Assembly (NCBI GenBank): GCA_965219535.1
Contig: CBDCNV010000002.1
Coordinates: forward strand, 510,001 to 542,000
Direction: 5' to 3'
DNA length: 32,000 bases
From: Opitutales bacterium
GTDB lineage: Bacteria; Verrucomicrobiota; Verrucomicrobiia; Opitutales; PNEW01
Shown: piece by piece, positions 9,155-16,144 of the stretch
Position numbering within the stretch: position 1 is the stretch's first letter
Layout: every line of letters starts with the position of its first letter
The notes under the pieces: model-generated
Seen by the model: the letters and a program-made list of their open reading frames with translations, nothing else
Told to the model about the DNA's origin: nothing
The model's database searches: none
Translations under genes and position numbers: made by a program

Positions 9155-9586
9155 TTAAAGAACGATACGTTCCCACTCTAAAATTGGATTTGAAAAATTC
9201 AAAATCACGCCTACACGCAAACGAGTTATTTTCAAATAATTAATCATTTGGCCTCTTTCGCGGTCAGAAATGCATTCAATAACCTTTGTGTCCACAATAA
9301 CTGAATCGTAGACAATAAGGTCAGGAACATAATTTCCAACATTATTATCTTTATACGAAATTTCAAAAGCGGGCTGTTGAAGGTGAGGTATTTTCCGCAG
9401 TTTAAATTCAACTGTTAATGCGTTTTCATATGGCTTCTCATGAAACCCATGCCCAAGAAAATTTAAAACTTCGATAGCACAGCCAACAATTGCATACACC
9501 TCATCTTTCAAAAGAATATCTTTAGATAATGTTCGGTTGACCCCAGATAAATCGGTTAAGCTTGAATCATGTTCATTGGTGTCCAT
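9155..9586 (-). CDS. GxxExxY family protein (PD-(D/E)xK nuclease-like, PDDEXK_3)
   Basis: GFHEKPYENAL matches the GxxExxY signature. VPDLIVYDSVIVDTKV supplies D...(D/E)xK. Its size and C-terminal GVILNF are typical of the family. Confidence 0.8.
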   Translation of the reverse strand: MDTNEHDSSLTDLSGVNRTLSKDILLKDEVYAIVGCAIEVLNFLGHGFHEKPYENALTVEFKLRKIPHLQQPAFEISYKDNNVGNYVPDLIVYDSVIVDTKVIECISDRERGQMINYLKITRLRVGVILNFSNPILEWERIVL

Positions 9587-9602
9587 TCGTGTCTATTCGT
9601 GG
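9581..9602. repeat. Right terminal inverted repeat of GxxExxY cassette 1
   Basis: gtccattcgtgtctattcgtgg is the reverse complement of two cacgaatNNa units. The cassette gene's ATG (9584-9586) lies inside the repeat. Confidence 0.75.
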
Positions 9603-9628
9603 TTGATTTCCAGGTGTGGATACTTTTC

Positions 9629-10135
9629 TCACATTTCGAATTCTTCTTTTGCGCGGTCAAGGCATTCTTCGGTCACTTGGGTGAAACCCTTTTCGTGCGC
9701 GAATTTTTCTATGCCTTTTTTTGCCATGGGGCGGGCAAATTCGGGAATATTCTGTAAACGGACCATCGCCTGAGCCGTCCAGGGAAACTCGTCTTCATTC
9801 TTATTCGCGGAGTCGGTCTCTGAAGCTTCCATCATAGAATCGCGGGCCATTTGAGAAAAAGGACACTTAGCCGCGGGCTCCGAACTCGCATCGGTCATGT
9901 TCCCGCTTTCATCAAGGGTTATGCCCTGGGATTTCGATACTGTTTCTCCGCCGATTTCTACTCCCATCGAAGTGACCATCTGTGTTTCAAAGGCATTGGT
10001 CAGCATCGCGATCTCCATCAGGCAGTCCGGACATTCATAGCGAATGGATAGAGACCCATGATCATCAGGTTTTAGGGGAGCTTCATTTTTTACCAGTTTC
10101 ATCTGGGTGTTACAGGATGTGCATAAGAATTTCAT
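9629..10135 (-). CDS. Small Zn-ribbon protein with a C-terminal PCP_red-like module
   Basis: CTSC ... CPDC pair at the N-terminus. The C-terminus is FPWTAQAMVRLQNIPEFARPMAKKGIEKFAHEKGFTQVTEECL. The start codon lies 1 nt after the stop of the upstream Mrp-like gene. Confidence 0.65.
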   Translation of the reverse strand: MKFLCTSCNTQMKLVKNEAPLKPDDHGSLSIRYECPDCLMEIAMLTNAFETQMVTSMGVEIGGETVSKSQGITLDESGNMTDASSEPAAKCPFSQMARDSMMEASETDSANKNEDEFPWTAQAMVRLQNIPEFARPMAKKGIEKFAHEKGFTQVTEECLDRAKEEFEM

Positions 10136-10136
10136 G

Positions 10137-11018
10137 TTAAGCTTCCAGGGTATTCATTATTTTTGTTGCGATCTTTTGAAGAGAAATGTTGGTGGGAGAA
10201 CTGCTGGCACTGGCGGTAATCGTTCCTCGATCACATTGTTCAGCCACCGCGGGATCAAATGGGACTGAGCCCAGCAAAGGGATATCCAATTTGGCGTTAC
10301 CCGAAGGAAACAAGGGTTTTACTTCTTTGGAGTCGGCACAGTAATAGCCGCTCATGTTTTCGATATACCCGATAATGGGAGATGGAGTTTTCTTAATGGC
10401 CGCGATTGAACGCGCGACAACACCTTGCGAAACTTCAGAGGGGATGGTGATAAGTATGAACGACGTTTTGCTGCCAAAAAATTCTGCGAATTGAAAACAC
10501 CGTTCGGCACCGGGGGGAAGATCGATAAGGAGAAAATCTAATTGTCCCCAATCGGTATCAGCGAGGAAATCGGCGAGGGTTGAAAACTCTTTAGTCGCTC
10601 GCCATACATGGGAATCACCACTGGCCACACTTTTAAAATCTACCGCTTCCGATTCCGGCACCAAGGTACCAAAGGAGATGACGCCAATGCCAGATTTTGT
10701 TTTCGGGACGATAAGTCCATTCTGCCCGGGTATGAGCGGAACGTCAGTGAGACCGGCAAGACGTGCCAGGGCTGGACCGTTAACATCTGCATCGAAAAGG
10801 GAAACGCGTTTTCCTAAACGGTTAAATGCTGATGCAAGATACATTGAGATCGTGCTCTTACCCACTCCTCCTTTACCTGATCCAACTGCAATGACATATT
10901 TGATCCCGGATAGGTTTGCTTCAATTTTGGCTTTGTGCGCGACGACTTGTCCCATAATATTGGAACCGCCATCTCCAGCAAGGTCGGAGTAGGTTTTTAG
11001 TTCTTTCGAATCGTCCAT
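10137..11018 (-). CDS. Mrp/NBP35/ApbC-like SIMIBI P-loop ATPase, divergent (no CxxC cluster-binding motif)
   Basis: Deviant Walker A GSGKGGVGKST. DADVNGP and WGQLDFLLIDLPPG are present. IENMSGYYCADS occupies the position where canonical members have ENMS..(C..C). Confidence 0.8.
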   Translation of the reverse strand: MDDSKELKTYSDLAGDGGSNIMGQVVAHKAKIEANLSGIKYVIAVGSGKGGVGKSTISMYLASAFNRLGKRVSLFDADVNGPALARLAGLTDVPLIPGQNGLIVPKTKSGIGVISFGTLVPESEAVDFKSVASGDSHVWRATKEFSTLADFLADTDWGQLDFLLIDLPPGAERCFQFAEFFGSKTSFILITIPSEVSQGVVARSIAAIKKTPSPIIGYIENMSGYYCADSKEVKPLFPSGNAKLDIPLLGSVPFDPAVAEQCDRGTITASASSSPTNISLQKIATKIMNTLEA

Positions 11019-11124
11019 ATTAACAAAAAGATTGTCATCGAAATCTGTCGACTCAACTCAAATTTAATAATTTGATTATCTAACATGCTTTTATGCCAGT
11101 TTCAGGTCAAATTCGGGTTGATTT

Positions 11125-11466
11125 ATGCTTAGCTACAGCCTGTTAAAAACATTTCATCTTGCGGGGGTTTTCCTGTTTCTTACCGCACTGGCGATATTAT
11201 TTTTTTCCGATAACTTCAGCCGTCTTTTCAAGGTCATTTCCCATGTAGCGTTGTTTATTATTTTAATTACCGGTTTGGGGCTAGTCGTGCATTTAAGTAA
11301 TGGTGTGCCCCCTTGGGTAATAGGGAAATTTATCCTTTGGCTGCTATTATCTGCGGTCGGGATATTTGCAACCACCCGCCTCAGAAAATATCGATTAACC
11401 GTCTATAGCTTTTTAATATTGATGGCTTCTCTCGCAGCGTTTCTAGCTATTCATAAACCTTTTTGA
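11125..11466 (+). CDS. Small integral membrane protein (4 predicted TM helices), function unknown
   Basis: 113 aa, almost entirely hydrophobic helices. It is the only plus-strand gene between 3.9 and 28.9 kb. No confident family assignment can be made; any SirB2-like resemblance is weak. Confidence 0.5.
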   Translation: MLSYSLLKTFHLAGVFLFLTALAILFFSDNFSRLFKVISHVALFIILITGLGLVVHLSNGVPPWVIGKFILWLLLSAVGIFATTRLRKYRLTVYSFLILMASLAAFLAIHKPF

Positions 11467-11518
11467 ATTTGGAACTCAGGAACTCAAGTTGAGATTAAAT
11501 TTGGGACTCAGGAACTGA
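11466..11518. repeat. Left terminal repeats of GxxExxY cassette 2 (two direct copies of a 21-nt element containing ggaactca ggaactca)
   Basis: aatttggaactcaggaactca (11466-11486) is the perfect reverse complement of 11969-11989. A second copy, aatttgggactcaggaactga (11498-11518), matches at 19/21. The first copy starts on the last base of the upstream TGA stop. Confidence 0.85.
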
Positions 11519-11557
11519 CATATTACCCTGGAGTGGATGTAGTTTCATCTAGCGCCT

Positions 11558-11866
11558 TCACAGAACTAGATTCTGACCTTCTCTACCGACGCGTTTGATG
11601 GTGAGAGGCATCGTAGCAAAATTAAAAAGTAGACCGCTCTCGACTCCGGTTGCTTTCATGTATGAGCGAACCATAGTAAAATGTATAGCTTCCAAAGCTT
11701 TAATGGCCTTAAGTTCAATTACCACACTATTGTCTAAAAACAAATCTAACCGGTGCTCACAAATTCTTCTACTACGGTAATAGAGGGGAACACGTTTCTG
11801 CCTTTCAAAACTGATCTGCAGCCAATCCAGTTCAATACAAAGTGCCTCTTCGTAAAGTGATTCCAA
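11558..11866 (-). CDS. GxxExxY family protein (PD-(D/E)xK nuclease-like), N-terminally truncated or interrupted
   Basis: LDLFLDNSVVIELKA supplies D...ExK, and a C-terminal GLLFNF is present. The ORF as given starts at a TTG inside the signature. The same frame continues upstream as TSKIIAAAIAVHRDLGPGFLESLYEEAL, preceded by an in-frame TAA (11924-11926) and a possible GTG start at 11953. Confidence 0.7.
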   Translation of the reverse strand: MESLYEEALCIELDWLQISFERQKRVPLYYRSRRICEHRLDLFLDNSVVIELKAIKALEAIHFTMVRSYMKATGVESGLLFNFATMPLTIKRVGREGQNLVL

Positions 11867-11968
11867 AAACCCAGGCCCTAGATCCCGATGAACGGCTATT
11901 GCAGCAGCTATAATTTTGCTTGTTTACTCCCCATCATTCAGGCTGTTTTCCACATCACTAATAATTCA

Positions 11969-11989
11969 TGAGTTCCTGAGTTCCAAATT
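11969..11989. repeat. Right terminal inverted repeat of GxxExxY cassette 2
   Basis: tgagttcctgagttccaaatt is the perfect 21-nt reverse complement of 11466-11486. Confidence 0.85.
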
Positions 11990-12024
11990 AAAATACGTCT
12001 TATATATTTTATTCTTAAATATAA

Positions 12025-12900
12025 TTAATTAGTGTGATGTAATTGCGCGAGTTCCTGAAGAATTTCATCGGGGGTCCACTCGTTTCCACGAAGCACTTTA
12101 ACCAATTTTCCGGAAGCATCAGCGATAACAGTTCGCAATGAATGGGCGATTTCTTCAGGGGAACTTTCATTTTGCACGACTGTTATTCCAAAATGCTCTG
12201 CAAAATTTACGATCCTTTTTCTTTCACCGGTAAAAAAACTCCATACCTCATAATCTGCATTGAGTGCATCACCATGTCGTTTAAGAACTTCTGGAGTATC
12301 ATAATCCGGATCAAAGCTTATCGAGATGAGCCTGGTTGTTGATTTTAAATCTTTGCTCTCGAGGAATGTTTTTTGCAGCGATTGAAAGTGAATATCCATA
12401 AGAGGACAAAAATTGGGCAGTGGGCAACGCGTATAGATAAAGGTCAGGATCAAATGCTTCCCTCGATACGCTTTAAAATGCTGCACGCTATTATCCTGGT
12501 CGATAAAAGCAGTATCCGGTAGAAGATCGCCTTTACGGAGTTGGGTGATACCATTTAGCGAGTTCTGTAAGGATTCATTGTTTATCAGCTCTTCAAACCC
12601 GATTTTTACAATAGCGGTGAGATAGGCTTCATTATCGGTCACTATAAGTTTCGCTTCGATAAAATCCCCCGGCATTCTCCCTTCAAGCAGGGTGACATCC
12701 TTTACTTTAAAAGGCATGGTCATTGCGGGCATAAAACCAGGTATTTCCTCATGTTTTAATGTGATTTCATTCTTCACTGAATAAATGGATATTACCTGTC
12801 CACGCAGATCGTAGATGACTTCTCTTGGAGCCGGGCGGCAGGATAGACAAAGGGTGATGAGAATAAAAATCGCAGGAAAGCTATGAAGCTTGGACATCAT
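12025..12900 (-). CDS. SCO1/SenC-family copper chaperone fused to an N-terminal CusF-like Cu(I)-binding domain
   Basis: N-terminal signal or lipoprotein-like peptide. ITLKHEEIPGFMPAMTMPFKV is a CusF-type Met/His motif. It is followed by a thioredoxin-fold SCO block, LILTFIYTRCPLPNFCPLM ... ISFDP..DTPEVL ... AHSLRTVIADASGKLV. Confidence 0.8.
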   Translation of the reverse strand: MMSKLHSFPAIFILITLCLSCRPAPREVIYDLRGQVISIYSVKNEITLKHEEIPGFMPAMTMPFKVKDVTLLEGRMPGDFIEAKLIVTDNEAYLTAIVKIGFEELINNESLQNSLNGITQLRKGDLLPDTAFIDQDNSVQHFKAYRGKHLILTFIYTRCPLPNFCPLMDIHFQSLQKTFLESKDLKSTTRLISISFDPDYDTPEVLKRHGDALNADYEVWSFFTGERKRIVNFAEHFGITVVQNESSPEEIAHSLRTVIADASGKLVKVLRGNEWTPDEILQELAQLHHTN

Positions 12901-12916
12901 TATGAATAAATCTTAA

Positions 12917-12983
12917 GGTGGAGCGGGCTGTCCCAGCACGCTTTGATTAAAATTATAAACGCGCTGGGACAGCCCGTTCCACC
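12917..12983 (-). terminator. Long hairpin (21-bp stem, 1 mismatch, about 25-nt loop) downstream of the ABC operon; putative terminator or palindromic repeat element
   Basis: ggtggagcgggctgtcccagc (12917-12937) pairs with gctgggacagcccgttccacc (12963-12983). It lies 85 nt after the stop of the last ABC gene and 17 nt upstream of the SCO1 start. The trailing sequence is only weakly U-rich. Confidence 0.35.
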
Positions 12984-13067
12984 CTATAAAATCATAAATT
13001 GTTTTAAAAAAGGAGAATTCCGGGTGCATGAATCCCCTTAAGGAAAATCCAAATTAGTTTCGAACGA

Positions 13068-13934
13068 TCAATTTTCGGTCGGTTCGCTTATTGGAGTAAA
13101 TACCAGTTTTACATCGGGATCGGGGTGCGGAATTGCAGAAAGGAGCATGCGGGTGTAGGCGTGCTGCGGGTTTTCAAATATCGTTTCCGTCTCTTCTATC
13201 TCCACGATTTTTCCCTGATGCATCACGGCAACTCGGTCGCTAATGTGTCGAACCACACTTAGGTCATGAGCGACAAATATATAAGTTAAATTTAATTCCT
13301 CCTGAAGGTCTTCAAGCAAATTAATAACCTGGGCTTGCACCGAGACGTCGAGCGCGGAAACGGCTTCATCACATACGACAAGAGACGGGCTCATTATAAG
13401 TGCGCGTGCGATGCCGATACGTTGTCGCTGGCCACCACTGAAAGCATGGGGATATCTTTGCCGGTGCTCCGGTTTCATTCCCACTTTGACCAGCATGTCA
13501 TCGACGCGGTCGATCAATTCCTTCCCCTTTGCCAGTTTGTGGATGTACAATGGCTCACCCACAATATCTCCAACCGTCATCCGGGGGTTGAGGGAAGAAA
13601 ATGGGTCCTGGAAAATCATTTGCATTTGCGTGCGCAATGGCTTGAGCTCCCTCTCCGTTAGTTTGACCAAGTCGATTGCTTTCCCATTGGTTCTGAATAT
13701 CACTTCACCGTTAGTGGGTTTGAGGGCGCGCAAAATCGTTCGCGCGCAGGTTGTTTTTCCTGAACCGCTCTCTCCGACCAATCCCAGGGTTTCCCCTGGA
13801 AATATATTGAAACTTACATTGTCGACAGCCTTGACGACATCGATCTGCTTTCTGCCAAACCCCTGACTGTATATAGGAAAGTGCTTGCTGAAATTTTTAA
13901 CCTTTAGGAGAGGTTCTACTCCATGATCATTCAT
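13068..13934 (-). CDS. Opp/Dpp-type ABC transporter ATP-binding protein (OppF/DppF-like)
   Basis: Walker A GESGSGKT, signature FSGGQRQR, Walker B LVVCDEAVSALD, H-loop FVAHDL. The start overlaps the upstream gene by 4 nt (ATGA). Confidence 0.9.
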   Translation of the reverse strand: MNDHGVEPLLKVKNFSKHFPIYSQGFGRKQIDVVKAVDNVSFNIFPGETLGLVGESGSGKTTCARTILRALKPTNGEVIFRTNGKAIDLVKLTERELKPLRTQMQMIFQDPFSSLNPRMTVGDIVGEPLYIHKLAKGKELIDRVDDMLVKVGMKPEHRQRYPHAFSGGQRQRIGIARALIMSPSLVVCDEAVSALDVSVQAQVINLLEDLQEELNLTYIFVAHDLSVVRHISDRVAVMHQGKIVEIEETETIFENPQHAYTRMLLSAIPHPDPDVKLVFTPISEPTEN

Positions 13935-14962
13935 ACCTTTATCGCTCCTTTAAATTTTCTTGCCCCGCAGCAGGATACCTGTCGACCGTTAGGTAACATC
14001 TCCATAATAGGATTATCTCCCACGTCACAGACGCCAGGTATCGAATCGGGACAGCGTGGATGAAAGGGGCAGCCGGCGGGTAGATGGGTGAGGGAGGGGA
14101 CATTTCCTATAATAGAAGGCAGACGAGCTTGTTTTGTTTCATTTCTCGGCAATGACTTTAGCAGTCCAACCGTATAGGGGTGAAGAGGATCTTTTAAGAC
14201 CTCTCGCACCGTGGCCTGTTCAACCAGTCTCCCCAAATACATAACAGCGACGTCATCAGCGATCTGTGCGACGACTCCCAAGTCATGAGTAATAAATATT
14301 ACCGAAGTCCCGAGATCTCGCTGTAAGCTTTTAATCAAGTCAAGAATCTGAGCCTGGATCGTGACATCAAGCGCGGTGGTCGGTTCATCGGCGATGAGCA
14401 CTTCCGGCTGGCAAACCAGAGCCATTGCGATGACCACGCGTTGACGCATGCCTCCACTAAATTCGTGAGGATATTGTTGAAGTCGACGTTCGGGTTCAGG
14501 GATGCCTACCTTGCCGATCATTTCGATCGCCAGTTTTTCGGCTTCCTTAACAGTGACATTCTGATGCAAAAGGATAGCTTCACAGATTTGATTTCCGATC
14601 GTGTGCACCGGGCTTAGTGCGGTCATTGGTTCCTGGAATATCATACTGATGAGCCCGCCCCGTACCTGGTAAAGCATATCCGATTTTTCGGTTAATGCCG
14701 TAATATCGATTGGGCTTTTATTTTTCGGATAGAGAGTGATCTTACCCCCCGCGATTTGACCGGGTTTCTGAATCAAGCGGAGAATGGAAAAGGCGGTTAC
14801 ACTTTTTCCACACGCACTTTCCCCTACGATGGCAAGAACCTTACCGCGCTCTAATGAAAATGTTACTCCATCCACCGCCGAGAGCACACCCTCCTCAGTA
14901 GTGAAGGTCACCTTGAGGTCATTGACACTTAGAACAATATCTTTTTTTTCGTCTTCGGCCAT
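13931..14962 (-). CDS. Opp/Dpp-type ABC transporter ATP-binding protein (OppD/DppD-like) with a Cys-rich C-terminal extension
   Basis: Walker A GESACGKS, signature FSGGMRQR, Walker [13 protein letters not shown]-loop FITHDL. The C-terminus is PYT..LL.S.P ... CPFHPRCP...C...CC. Confidence 0.9.
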   Translation of the reverse strand: MAEDEKKDIVLSVNDLKVTFTTEEGVLSAVDGVTFSLERGKVLAIVGESACGKSVTAFSILRLIQKPGQIAGGKITLYPKNKSPIDITALTEKSDMLYQVRGGLISMIFQEPMTALSPVHTIGNQICEAILLHQNVTVKEAEKLAIEMIGKVGIPEPERRLQQYPHEFSGGMRQRVVIAMALVCQPEVLIADEPTTALDVTIQAQILDLIKSLQRDLGTSVIFITHDLGVVAQIADDVAVMYLGRLVEQATVREVLKDPLHPYTVGLLKSLPRNETKQARLPSIIGNVPSLTHLPAGCPFHPRCPDSIPGVCDVGDNPIMEMLPNGRQVSCCGARKFKGAIKV

Positions 14963-14963
14963 T

Positions 14964-16142
14964 TTATCGGGTTACATGAGAAGAATAGGGATCGGCTGCA
15001 TCGCGTAAGCCATCACCCATAAAGTTATAGGCGAGGACAGTTAAAATAATAGATATCACAGGCATGAGAAGCCAAGGGTAATTAGCGACAACTTGCAGAT
15101 TCATGCATTCCTGGAGCATGACGCCCCAACTTACAATGGGCGGTCGCAACCCCAACCCCAGAAAACTCAATGCGGTCTCACCCAGGATCATGCCCGGTAC
15201 GCTCAAGGTAAGGGTGACAATAATATGACTGGTAAATCCGGGCAAGAGATGGCGGAAAATAATTCGCCCATGGCTGGCCCCTATGAGATACGCTGCGACC
15301 GCGTAATCCTCTTCGCGCAGCGAGAGAATTCTCCCGCGAACGACTCGGGCGAGCCCCGTCCAGGAGAGGAGGCTGAGGACAATAGTAATGGCAAAATATA
15401 CCCTTAAAGCCGGCCAGTCACTTGGCATAATAGCGGCGAGGGCGAGCCATAACGGTAACTGTGGGAAGGCGTTTACAATCTCAATCGTTCGCTGAATCAA
15501 ATTATCGACTCGACCGCTGAGATATCCGGAAATACCACCGATTGTAACACCTAAAATAAATGTGATGACAATGGCAACGATCCCAATGGATAGGCTGATC
15601 CGGGAACCGTAAATGATACGGCTGAAAATATCGTGACCAAATTTATCGGCACCGAGAAAATAGAAAGTTGGCAGCGGTGTTTCCTCCTCGCTATCTGGTG
15701 GTACGTAAGCGTTGTGATCAACACCCAAAAAACGGCGCTCCATCGGGATCAGCCCCCAGAGCTTGTAAGGTTCGCCTTTAGCGAAAAAACTCAGGGGTAT
15801 GAAATCTTCCTTTTGTTCGATATAATATTTTTTAAAAGTGATAGGATCGATATTGCGATGCATGGCATTGACGTTGATACCATGACTGAAATTAATCTTT
15901 GGGAGTTGTGGTGGACAATAAGCGTGATCGAGGTCACGCCAATCTCGGCCATAAGGTGCGAAAAATTCCGCAAAGATGGCCATGAGGTAGAGAACAATTA
16001 AAACATAAAGTGAGGCGACCGCCAAACGATGTTTGGAAAAGCGTAAACGGATAAGCTGCCACTGGGAGAGAGTCGCGGTGCTCAGTTCAATCAACTCTTC
16101 ATCACCATTTAACGGGGGAGAAGGTGTTGGTTTCTCTGCCAT
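14964..16142 (-). CDS. Opp/Dpp-type ABC transporter permease (OppC/DppC-like)
   Basis: Six hydrophobic segments. EAA-type loop EEDYAVAAYLIGASHGRIIFRHLLPG. C-terminal GDGLRDAADP. It is 1 nt from the downstream gene and 2 nt from the upstream gene. Confidence 0.9.
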   Translation of the reverse strand: MAEKPTPSPPLNGDEELIELSTATLSQWQLIRLRFSKHRLAVASLYVLIVLYLMAIFAEFFAPYGRDWRDLDHAYCPPQLPKINFSHGINVNAMHRNIDPITFKKYYIEQKEDFIPLSFFAKGEPYKLWGLIPMERRFLGVDHNAYVPPDSEEETPLPTFYFLGADKFGHDIFSRIIYGSRISLSIGIVAIVITFILGVTIGGISGYLSGRVDNLIQRTIEIVNAFPQLPLWLALAAIMPSDWPALRVYFAITIVLSLLSWTGLARVVRGRILSLREEDYAVAAYLIGASHGRIIFRHLLPGFTSHIIVTLTLSVPGMILGETALSFLGLGLRPPIVSWGVMLQECMNLQVVANYPWLLMPVISIILTVLAYNFMGDGLRDAADPYSSHVTR

Positions 16143-16144
16143 AA

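Noticed and set aside
5614-10135. PCP_red modules taken as evidence for (bacterio)chlorophyll biosynthesis (DPOR BchB/ChlB)
   Set aside because: Only the ~50-aa C-terminal module is present. The nitrogenase-like BchN/BchB cores and a NifH-like BchL, with its cluster-ligating cysteines, are absent, and no other photosynthesis genes are present.
9129-11989. Short tandemly duplicated units (cacgaatNNa x2, ggaactca x2) considered as a CRISPR or other array
   Set aside because: There are only two units per site and no spacers. They occur as inverted pairs flanking single small genes, so they are interpreted as terminal inverted repeats.
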